From Lingula anatina (Eukaryota > Animalia > Brachiopoda), in the NCBI GenBank assembly GCA_051362555.1, contig CM120648.1, positions 20,379,557 through 20,443,556 on the forward strand: a stretch of 64,000 nt of DNA, given 5' to 3'. Positions 53,548 to 64,000 of the stretch are shown piece after piece. Under the pieces are notes generated by a model. That model was not told the DNA's origin and did no database searches. It was given only the letters and a program-made list of their open reading frames with translations. The position numbers were made by a program, and so were the translations under genes. The first letter of the stretch is position 1. Each line of letters begins with the position of its first letter.

Positions 53548-56058
53548 TTTTTTTTTTTTCCAGAATATACCAATAATACACTAAATAATTACTAGGATAA
53601 TTAACTAAACCTCTCACTCCCGTACACGCACACATGCCTCTCACATTTGGAGCAACTGCATAGTATTATCATTGTGACTTTGTCATTTCTATCAAGGTAT
53701 AAAAATAAAAATGTAGTATACTATCACTTTTTACAACCACAATTTACAGAAAGGTAGACAATAAGCTAATAAGTCTAAGATACAAGGCTTTTTTAGCCGT
53801 AATAAAATAAATATATGAATATATAAAAATACTAGTGTGAAGAAAAAAGAAACAAAGTATAGACTTAATATTAATTACATTTATTATCGACAAAATGGGA
53901 AACCCCACATGTTCTAATTTTCGAAAATTAGCTTCACGTTCTCCCATTTCTCTGTAATTTCTAATCTTTTTTCTCAGTCCGTAAATAATTGGAATACATG
54001 TCTATATCTCTATATGATTTTATAAATGTTTTTGTGCTTTTCCAGTTTGGGATTTCCAATTTTGTCCTACAAAGAGTAATATTTTTTTTTTAATTAAAAG
54101 GATGACAAGATATATACTGGGCAATTGCTTATTCAGAGTACCCAGTACAAAATGTTCTAGTTTTATTTCTATCGTGAGTCCGCAATGTTTTTTCAAACTT
54201 CTGATCAAACATGTCCAAATATTTTGCACATGGACACAGTCCCAAAATAAGTGTTTCAGTGTTTCTTTTGACAAATGACAAAAGGTACATTCTGCTGATT
54301 CCCTTCGTTTGCTTTTGTATAGAAAAGAATTTGTACAAAAAATCTTGTGGTTAATTTTAAACTGGTGGGCTTGTAGTCGAGTATCGTCGGTTCGTTCAAA
54401 TGGTGCCCCAAAAATCGCCCCCCATATATCATCGTCGCTATGATAATGCAGAGTGGACTCCCAGCGATTTTGATATCTGGGGCATGTCTTTTTAAGGAAC
54501 AATTTATAAAATACCTGTGATACTTTTTCATTCATCTGAATCAGTGAAATGTTTTCGTTTCTAGCTTCTGTTATGTTATGACCATATGCCGTAATTAGTT
54601 TTCTCCAATTTTGTGGTACGGAGTTTCTTATACTTAAGTGTTCGAGAAAGTTAAAGTTAGATTGTTTTTTTTTTTTTTTTTTTGCATTGATCTCATCTAT
54701 AGTGTAAAACTCGCCTAAGGCATTAATCAAATCGCATATAAAAAGACTCCTTTATCACACCACCTTTTCCAATAATAGGGGACATCATTAATTCTCACGC
54801 TTTCGTTATACCAAATAGGTTGTGATAAAATGTCGCTTGTCGACTCTGCGGGGCTCTCTTGCAATTCTGCCCATGCAGAAATAACGTTTTTCCAAAATGG
54901 ATTGAAAATAAATTTTGTTTGTGAAAGGCCACTTTTCGTGAGATACCAAAAATTACGTTCCCCAATTTTTTCTAGGTTTTTCTTCAAAAGTACTTTCCAT
55001 GCGCTGCTATGATTATCATTCAGATAATTTTTTACCCACGTAATTTTTTAGGGATTTTGCTAAAAGCCTAAAGTCAGGAGCGCTCAGTCCTCCCTCTACG
55101 TAATTTCTGTTCACGGTTGATCTTTTTACTTTATCAATTGCGCTTCCCCAAATAAAGCAAAGGTAATTTTTTCTAATTCCTTGAAGAAGCTTTCCTCGGG
55201 ATTTGGTAAAACTGTGAGCATTTGTATTAGCAGTGGCATAGCAATCGTTCGTACTATTACTATTTTACCTATCAAGGATAAAGTTCTAAAGGACTAATCA
55301 TCGAGTACTTTTTTGTATTTATGAAGCTTTTCAGAGAAGTTTTCATGGTATATATCTTCTTTGGACAAGTCCTATTTTATACCCAGGAGCTTGAATTTTC
55401 CTTCAAGGTTCCATTTTAGTTCTAGTTTGGTTTTTATTGTTTCCCTTTCCCCCTTTTTTGATCCAATCCAAACTGCCTCAGTTTTATTAAAATTGGTGCG
55501 TAGTCCAGAACATTCTGCAAATAAGGTTATGATCTCCATATTTTTTGCCAGCGAAACCCTGTCATCACTTAATATAACCGTAGTGTCGTCTGCGTACTGA
55601 CTTAGTAGATATTCATTTCCCTCGATAGTAATTCCTTTTATTTCTTGCTCATGCTTTAGTGCCGAACTGAATATTCCAATGATAAGATAAATAGATATGG
55701 GGACAGAGGGTCCCCTTGTCTTACTCCTCTTTTGATATCAAAGAATTTGGACAAGTGTCCGTTATTTTGAATTGAACTTGAAATATTCTTATAAAGTGTT
55801 CTAAACCATCTTACTATTTCTTCCCCAAAATTATAAAAGTGAAGTGTTTTTTTCAATGAAAACCCATTCCAAAGAATCGAAAGCTTTTTCCATGTCAAGT
55901 AGTACTAAAACTCCGAATATGTTTTCTTTTTCAGTTTTTTTCTATCAAGTCATTCACCAACCGAGTGCACTCCCCAATATATCGGCCTTTTAGAAATGCC
56001 AACTGCGTTTCACTTATAATTCAACTGACAAATGGTTTTATTTTGTTTGCGATAAATC
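53548..56058 (-). mobile_element. 5'-truncated L1/Tx1-clade non-LTR retrotransposon embedded in telomeric repeats
   Basis: Minus strand: QLAFLKGRYIGE, DMEKAFDSLEW, GVRQGDPLSPYLF, QYADDTT, SGLRTNFNKT, LSLIGK, GGLSAPDF, zf-RVT-type CTFC....ETLKHLFWDC. 3' UTR then A12 (53548-53559). Frameshifted; no endonuclease domain present. Confidence 0.9.
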
Positions 56059-56090
56059 TATGCTGATGATACACAAATTTTTACATGCTG

Positions 56091-56273
56091 TAAGGGTTAG
56101 CTAGGGGTAAGGGTTAGGGTTAGGGTTAGGGTTAGGGTTAGGGGGTTAGGGGGGTTAGGGTTAGGGTTAGGGTTAGGGGTTAGGGGTTAGGGTTAGGGTT
56201 AGGGTTAGGGTTAGGGTTAGGGGGTAGGGGTTAGGGTTAGGGTTAGGGTTGGGGTTGGGTTTAGGGGTTAGGG

Positions 56274-56323
<50 letters not shown>

Positions 56324-56369
56324 GTTAGGGTTAGGGGTTAGGGGTTAGGGTTAGGGGTTAGGGTTAGGG

Positions 56370-56403
<34 letters not shown>

Positions 56404-59400
56404 CGGTTAGGGTTAGGGTTAGGGTTAGGGTTAGGGTTAGGTTAGGGTTAGGGTTAGGGTTAGGGTTAGGGTTAGGGTTAGGGTTAGGGTTAGGGGTTAG
56501 GGTTAGGGTTAGGGTTAGGGTTAGGGTTAGGGTTAGGGTTAAGGTTAGGGTTAGGGTTAGGGTTAGGGTTAGGGTTAGGGTTAGGGTTAGGTTAGGGTTA
56601 GGGTTAGGGTTAGGGTTAGGGTTAGGGTTAGGGTTAGGGGGGGGGGTTAGGGTTAGGGTTAGGGTTAGGGTTATGGTTAGGGTTAGGGTTAGGGTTAGGG
56701 TTTGGTTAGGGTTAGGGTTAGGGTTAGGGTTAGGGTTAGGGTTAGGGTTAGGGTTAGGGTTAGGGTTAGGGTTTGGTTAGGGTTAGGGTTAGGGTTAGGG
56801 TTAGGGTTAGGGTTAGGGTTAGGGTTAGGGTTAGGGTTAGGGTTAGGGGTTAGGGTTAGGGTTAGGGTTAGGGTTAGGGTTAGGGTTAGGGTTAGGGTTA
56901 GGGTTAGGGTTAGGGTTAGGGTTAGGGTTAGGGTTAGGGGTTAGGGTTAGGGTTAGGGTTAGGGTTAGGGTTAGGGTTAGGGTTAGGGTTAGGGTTAGGG
57001 TTAGGGTTAGGGTTAGGGTTAGGGTTAGGGTTAGGGTTAGGGTTAGGGTTAGGGTTAGGGTTAGGGTTAGGGTTAGGGTTAGGGTTAGGGTTAGGGTTAG
57101 GGTTAGGGTTAGGGTTAGGGTTAGGGTTAGGGTTAGGGTTAGGGTTAGGGTTAGGGTTAGGGTTAGGGTTAGGGTTAGGGTTAGGGTTAGGGTTAGGGTT
57201 AGGGTTAGGGTTAGGGTTAGGGTTAGGGTTAGGGTTAGGGTTAGGGTTAGGGTTAGGGTTAGGGTTAGGGTTAGGGTTAGGGTTAGGGTTAGGGTTAGGG
57301 TTAGGGTTAGGGTTAGGGTTAGGGTTAGGGTTAGGGTTAGGGTTAGGGTTAGGGTTAGGGTTAGGGTTAGGGTTAGGGTTAGGGTTAGGGTTAGGGTTAG
57401 GGTTAGGGTTAGGGTTAGGGTTAGGGTTAGGGTTAGGGTTAGGGTTAGGGTTAGGGTTAGGGTTAGGGTTAGGGTTAGGGTTAGGGTTAGGGTTAGGGTT
57501 AGGGTTAGGGTTAGGGTTAGGGTTAGGGTTAGGGTTAGGGTTAGGGTTAGGGTTAGGGTTAGGGTTAGGGTTAGGGTTAGGGTTAGGGTTAGGGTTAGGG
57601 TTAGGGTTAGGGTTAGGGTTAGGGTTAGGGTTAGGGTTAGGGTTAGGGTTAGGGTTAGGGTTAGGGTTAGGGTTAGGGTTAGGGTTAGGGTTAGGGTTAG
57701 GGTTAGGGTTAGGGTTAGGGTTAGGGTTAGGGTTAGGGTTAGGGTTAGGGTTAGGGTTAGGGTTAGGGTTAGGGTTAGGGTTAGGGTTAGGGTTAGGGTT
57801 AGGGTTAGGGTTAGGGTTAGGGTTAGGGTTAGGGTTAGGGTTAGGGTTAGGGTTAGGGTTAGGGTTAGGGTTAGGGTTAGGGTTAGGGTTAGGGTTAGGG
57901 TTAGGGTTAGGGTTAGGGTTAGGGTTAGGGTTAGGGTTAGGGTTAGGGTTAGGGTTAGGGTTAGGGTTAGGGTTAGGGTTAGGGTTAGGGTTAGGGTTAG
58001 GGTTAGGGTTAGGGTTAGGGTTAGGGTTAGGGTTAGGGTTAGGGTTAGGGTTAGGGTTAGGGTTAGGGTTAGGGTTAGGGTTAGGGTTAGGGTTAGGGTT
58101 AGGGTTAGGGTTAGGGTTAGGGTTAGGGTTAGGGTTAGGGTTAGGGTTAGGGTTAGGGTTAGGGTTAGGGTTAGGGTTAGGGTTAGGGTTAGGGTTAGGG
58201 TTAGGGTTAGGGTTAGGGTTAGGGTTAGGGTTAGGGTTAGGGTTAGGGTTAGGGTTAGGGTTAGGGTTAGGGTTAGGGTTAGGGTTAGGGTTAGGGTTAG
58301 GGTTAGGGTTAGGGTTAGGGTTAGGGTTAGGGTTAGGGTTAGGGTTAGGGTTAGGGTTAGGGTTAGGGTTAGGGTTAGGGTTAGGGTTAGGGTTAGGGTT
58401 AGGGTTAGGGTTAGGGTTAGGGTTAGGGTTAGGGTTAGGGTTAGGGTTAGGGTTAGGGTTAGGGTTAGGGTTAGGGTTAGGGTTAGGGTTAGGGTTAGGG
58501 TTAGGGTTAGGGTTAGGGTTAGGGTTAGGGTTAGGGTTAGGGTTAGGGTTAGGGTTAGGGTTAGGGTTAGGGTTAGGGTTAGGGTTAGGGTTAGGGTTAG
58601 GGTTAGGGTTAGGGTTAGGGTTAGGGTTAGGGTTAGGGTTAGGGTTAGGGTTAGGGTTAGGGTTAGGGTTAGGGTTAGGGTTAGGGTTAGGGTTAGGGTT
58701 AGGGTTAGGGTTAGGGTTAGGGTTAGGGTTAGGGTTAGGGTTAGGGTTAGGGTTAGGGTTAGGGTTAGGGTTAGGGTTAGGGTTAGGGTTAGGGTTAGGG
58801 TTAGGGTTAGGGTTAGGGTTAGGGTTAGGGTTAGGGTTAGGGTTAGGGTTAGGGTTAGGGTTAGGGTTAGGGTTAGGGTTAGGGTTAGGGTTAGGGTTAG
58901 GGTTAGGGTTAGGGTTAGGGTTAGGGTTAGGGTTAGGGTTAGGGTTAGGGTTAGGGTTAGGGTTAGGGTTAGGGTTAGGGTTAGGGTTAGGGTTAGGGTT
59001 AGGGTTAGGGTTAGGGTTAGGGTTAGGGTTAGGGTTAGGGTTAGGGTTAGGGTTAGGGTTAGGGTTAGGGTTAGGGTTAGGGTTAGGGTTAGGGTTAGGG
59101 TTAGGGTTAGGGTTAGGGTTAGGGTTAGGGTTAGGGTTAGGGTTAGGGTTAGGGTTAGGGTTAGGGTTAGGGTTAGGGTTAGGGTTAGGGTTAGGGTTAG
59201 GGTTAGGGTTAGGGTTAGGGTTAGGGTTAGGGTTAGGGTTAGGGTTAGGGTTAGGGTTAGGGTTAGGGTTAGGGTTAGGGTTAGGGTTAGGGTTAGGGTT
59301 AGGGTTAGGGTTAGGGTTAGGGTTAGGGTTAGGGTTAGGGTTAGGGTTAGGGTTAGGGTTAGGGTTAGGGTTAGGGTTAGGGTTAGGGTTAGGGTTAGGG

Positions 59401-62400
59401 TTAGGGTTAGGGTTAGGGTTAGGGTTAGGGTTAGGGTTAGGGTTAGGGTTAGGGTTAGGGTTAGGGTTAGGGTTAGGGTTAGGGTTAGGGTTAGGGTTAG
59501 GGTTAGGGTTAGGGTTAGGGTTAGGGTTAGGGTTAGGGTTAGGGTTAGGGTTAGGGTTAGGGTTAGGGTTAGGGTTAGGGTTAGGGTTAGGGTTAGGGTT
59601 AGGGTTAGGGTTAGGGTTAGGGTTAGGGTTAGGGTTAGGGTTAGGGTTAGGGTTAGGGTTAGGGTTAGGGTTAGGGTTAGGGTTAGGGTTAGGGTTAGGG
59701 TTAGGGTTAGGGTTAGGGTTAGGGTTAGGGTTAGGGTTAGGGTTAGGGTTAGGGTTAGGGTTAGGGTTAGGGTTAGGGTTAGGGTTAGGGTTAGGGTTAG
59801 GGTTAGGGTTAGGGTTAGGGTTAGGGTTAGGGTTAGGGTTAGGGTTAGGGTTAGGGTTAGGGTTAGGGTTAGGGTTAGGGTTAGGGTTAGGGTTAGGGTT
59901 AGGGTTAGGGTTAGGGTTAGGGTTAGGGTTAGGGTTAGGGTTAGGGTTAGGGTTAGGGTTAGGGTTAGGGTTAGGGTTAGGGTTAGGGTTAGGGTTAGGG
60001 TTAGGGTTAGGGTTAGGGTTAGGGTTAGGGTTAGGGTTAGGGTTAGGGTTAGGGTTAGGGTTAGGGTTAGGGTTAGGGTTAGGGTTAGGGTTAGGGTTAG
60101 GGTTAGGGTTAGGGTTAGGGTTAGGGTTAGGGTTAGGGTTAGGGTTAGGGTTAGGGTTAGGGTTAGGGTTAGGGTTAGGGTTAGGGTTAGGGTTAGGGTT
60201 AGGGTTAGGGTTAGGGTTAGGGTTAGGGTTAGGGTTAGGGTTAGGGTTAGGGTTAGGGTTAGGGTTAGGGTTAGGGTTAGGGTTAGGGTTAGGGTTAGGG
60301 TTAGGGTTAGGGTTAGGGTTAGGGTTAGGGTTAGGGTTAGGGTTAGGGTTAGGGTTAGGGTTAGGGTTAGGGTTAGGGTTAGGGTTAGGGTTAGGGTTAG
60401 GGTTAGGGTTAGGGTTAGGGTTAGGGTTAGGGTTAGGGTTAGGGTTAGGGTTAGGGTTAGGGTTAGGGTTAGGGTTAGGGTTAGGGTTAGGGTTAGGGTT
60501 AGGGTTAGGGTTAGGGTTAGGGTTAGGGTTAGGGTTAGGGTTAGGGTTAGGGTTAGGGTTAGGGTTAGGGTTAGGGTTAGGGTTAGGGTTAGGGTTAGGG
60601 TTAGGGTTAGGGTTAGGGTTAGGGTTAGGGTTAGGGTTAGGGTTAGGGTTAGGGTTAGGGTTAGGGTTAGGGTTAGGGTTAGGGTTAGGGTTAGGGTTAG
60701 GGTTAGGGTTAGGGTTAGGGTTAGGGTTAGGGTTAGGGTTAGGGTTAGGGTTAGGGTTAGGGTTAGGGTTAGGGTTAGGGTTAGGGTTAGGGTTAGGGTT
60801 AGGGTTAGGGTTAGGGTTAGGGTTAGGGTTAGGGTTAGGGTTAGGGTTAGGGTTAGGGTTAGGGTTAGGGTTAGGGTTAGGGTTAGGGTTAGGGTTAGGG
60901 TTAGGGTTAGGGTTAGGGTTAGGGTTAGGGTTAGGGTTAGGGTTAGGGTTAGGGTTAGGGTTAGGGTTAGGGTTAGGGTTAGGGTTAGGGTTAGGGTTAG
61001 GGTTAGGGTTAGGGTTAGGGTTAGGGTTAGGGTTAGGGTTAGGGTTAGGGTTAGGGTTAGGGTTAGGGTTAGGGTTAGGGTTAGGGTTAGGGTTAGGGTT
61101 AGGGTTAGGGTTAGGGTTAGGGTTAGGGTTAGGGTTAGGGTTAGGGTTAGGGTTAGGGTTAGGGTTAGGGTTAGGGTTAGGGTTAGGGTTAGGGTTAGGG
61201 TTAGGGTTAGGGTTAGGGTTAGGGTTAGGGTTAGGGTTAGGGTTAGGGTTAGGGTTAGGGTTAGGGTTAGGGTTAGGGTTAGGGTTAGGGTTAGGGTTAG
61301 GGTTAGGGTTAGGGTTAGGGTTAGGGTTAGGGTTAGGGTTAGGGTTAGGGTTAGGGTTAGGGTTAGGGTTAGGGTTAGGGTTAGGGTTAGGGTTAGGGTT
61401 AGGGTTAGGGTTAGGGTTAGGGTTAGGGTTAGGGTTAGGGTTAGGGTTAGGGTTAGGGTTAGGGTTAGGGTTAGGGTTAGGGTTAGGGTTAGGGTTAGGG
61501 TTAGGGTTAGGGTTAGGGTTAGGGTTAGGGTTAGGGTTAGGGTTAGGGTTAGGGTTAGGGTTAGGGTTAGGGTTAGGGTTAGGGTTAGGGTTAGGGTTAG
61601 GGTTAGGGTTAGGGTTAGGGTTAGGGTTAGGGTTAGGGTTAGGGTTAGGGTTAGGGTTAGGGTTAGGGTTAGGGTTAGGGTTAGGGTTAGGGTTAGGGTT
61701 AGGGTTAGGGTTAGGGTTAGGGTTAGGGTTAGGGTTAGGGTTAGGGTTAGGGTTAGGGTTAGGGTTAGGGTTAGGGTTAGGGTTAGGGTTAGGGTTAGGG
61801 TTAGGGTTAGGGTTAGGGTTAGGGTTAGGGTTAGGGTTAGGGTTAGGGTTAGGGTTAGGGTTAGGGTTAGGGTTAGGGTTAGGGTTAGGGTTAGGGTTAG
61901 GGTTAGGGTTAGGGTTAGGGTTAGGGTTAGGGTTAGGGTTAGGGTTAGGGTTAGGGTTAGGGTTAGGGTTAGGGTTAGGGTTAGGGTTAGGGTTAGGGTT
62001 AGGGTTAGGGTTAGGGTTAGGGTTAGGGTTAGGGTTAGGGTTAGGGTTAGGGTTAGGGTTAGGGTTAGGGTTAGGGTTAGGGTTAGGGTTAGGGTTAGGG
62101 TTAGGGTTAGGGTTAGGGTTAGGGTTAGGGTTAGGGTTAGGGTTAGGGTTAGGGTTAGGGTTAGGGTTAGGGTTAGGGTTAGGGTTAGGGTTAGGGTTAG
62201 GGTTAGGGTTAGGGTTAGGGTTAGGGTTAGGGTTAGGGTTAGGGTTAGGGTTAGGGTTAGGGTTAGGGTTAGGGTTAGGGTTAGGGTTAGGGTTAGGGTT
62301 AGGGTTAGGGTTAGGGTTAGGGTTAGGGTTAGGGTTAGGGTTAGGGTTAGGGTTAGGGTTAGGGTTAGGGTTAGGGTTAGGGTTAGGGTTAGGGTTAGGG

Positions 62401-64000
62401 TTAGGGTTAGGGTTAGGGTTAGGGTTAGGGTTAGGGTTAGGGTTAGGGTTAGGGTTAGGGTTAGGGTTAGGGTTAGGGTTAGGGTTAGGGTTAGGGTTAG
62501 GGTTAGGGTTAGGGTTAGGGTTAGGGTTAGGGTTAGGGTTAGGGTTAGGGTTAGGGTTAGGGTTAGGGTTAGGGTTAGGGTTAGGGTTAGGGTTAGGGTT
62601 AGGGTTAGGGTTAGGGTTAGGGTTAGGGTTAGGGTTAGGGTTAGGGTTAGGGTTAGGGTTAGGGTTAGGGTTAGGGTTAGGGTTAGGGTTAGGGTTAGGG
62701 TTAGGGTTAGGGTTAGGGTTAGGGTTAGGGTTAGGGTTAGGGTTAGGGTTAGGGTTAGGGTTAGGGTTAGGGTTAGGGTTAGGGTTAGGGTTAGGGTTAG
62801 GGTTAGGGTTAGGGTTAGGGTTAGGGTTAGGGTTAGGGTTAGGGTTAGGGTTAGGGTTAGGGTTAGGGTTAGGGTTAGGGTTAGGGTTAGGGTTAGGGTT
62901 AGGGTTAGGGTTAGGGTTAGGGTTAGGGTTAGGGTTAGGGTTAGGGTTAGGGTTAGGGTTAGGGTTAGGGTTAGGGTTAGGGTTAGGGTTAGGGTTAGGG
63001 TTAGGGTTAGGGTTAGGGTTAGGGTTAGGGTTAGGGTTAGGGTTAGGGTTAGGGTTAGGGTTAGGGTTAGGGTTAGGGTTAGGGTTAGGGTTAGGGTTAG
63101 GGTTAGGGTTAGGGTTAGGGTTAGGGTTAGGGTTAGGGTTAGGGTTAGGGTTAGGGTTAGGGTTAGGGTTAGGGTTAGGGTTAGGGTTAGGGTTAGGGTT
63201 AGGGTTAGGGTTAGGGTTAGGGTTAGGGTTAGGGTTAGGGTTAGGGTTAGGGTTAGGGTTAGGGTTAGGGTTAGGGTTAGGGTTAGGGTTAGGGTTAGGG
63301 TTAGGGTTAGGGTTAGGGTTAGGGTTAGGGTTAGGGTTAGGGTTAGGGTTAGGGTTAGGGTTAGGGTTAGGGTTAGGGTTAGGGTTAGGGTTAGGGTTAG
63401 GGTTAGGGTTAGGGTTAGGGTTAGGGTTAGGGTTAGGGTTAGGGTTAGGGTTAGGGTTAGGGTTAGGGTTAGGGTTAGGGTTAGGGTTAGGGTTAGGGTT
63501 AGGGTTAGGGTTAGGGTTAGGGTTAGGGTTAGGGTTAGGGGTTAGGGTTAGGGTTAGGGTTAGGGTTAGGGTTAGGGTTAGGGTTAGGGTTAGGGTTAGG
63601 GTTAGGGTTAGGGTTAGGGTTAGGGTTAGGGTTAGGGTTAGGGTTAGGGTTAGGGTTAGGGTTAGGGTAGGTAGGGTTAGGGTTAGGGTTAGGGTTAGGG
63701 TTAGGGTTAGGGTTAGGGTTAGGGTTAGGGTTAGGGTTAGGGTTAGGGTTAGGGTTAGGGTTAGGGTTAGGGTTAGGGTTAGGGTTAGGGTTAGGGTTAG
63801 GTTAGGGTTAGGGTTAGGGTTAGGGTTAGGGTTAGGGTTAGGGTTAGGGTTAGGGTTAGGGTTAGGGTTAGGGTTAGGGTTAGGGTTAGGGTTAGGGTTA
63901 GGGGGGTTAGGGTTAGGGTTAGGGTTAGGGTTAGGGTTAGGGTTAGGGTTAGGGTTAGGGTTAGGGTTAGGGTTAGGGTTAGGGTTAGGGTTAGGGTTAG
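56091..64000 (+). repeat. Telomere (TTAGGG)n, with variant repeats in the proximal ~850 bp
   Basis: About 7.9 kb of TTAGGG with the G-strand running toward the window end. TTAGGGG, TTTAGGG, TTACGG, TTATGG and TTTGG variants at 56091-56940. Confidence 0.99.

Noticed and set aside
53548-56058. Telomerase RT or Penelope/Athena-type terminal retroelement
   Set aside because: The motifs (GVRQGDPLSP, LSLIGK, GGL, zf-RVT-type CCHC) and the poly(A) tail are those of L1/Tx1 LINEs.
56702-56944. VR/GL dipeptide ORF
   Set aside because: Translation of telomeric repeats.
63540-63910. Variant repeats at the distal telomere
   Set aside because: Sparse single-base indels near the contig end are most likely low-coverage read errors.

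Overview
This window is the distal end of an animal chromosome, probably from an invertebrate (AT-rich, spliceosomal introns, TTAGGG telomere). From left to right it contains: (1) eight coding exons of an intron-containing class I [4Fe-4S] fumarate hydratase gene on the - strand (1985-20728), with the 3' exons off the left edge; five of its exon/intron junctions have been amplified into tandem minisatellites. (2) A small secreted somatomedin-B + VWD gene on the - strand (about 26207-30655). (3) Dense decayed transposons: an L2 LINE, Tc1 relics, MITEs, and an Academ-like element containing nested Tc1, piggyBac and a RecQ-helicase-fragment MITE. (4) A subtelomeric tandem repeat of about 1.75 kb whose third copy is cut at a GGGTTAG seed and continues as telomeric repeats. 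(5) A 5'-truncated L1/Tx1-type retrotransposon sitting inside telomeric repeats, with its poly(A) joined to TTAGG and its 5' end facing the chromosome end. (6) About 7.9 kb of (TTAGGG)n. Exon boundaries were worked out by hand. TE family calls rest on motif recognition only; no database searches were run.
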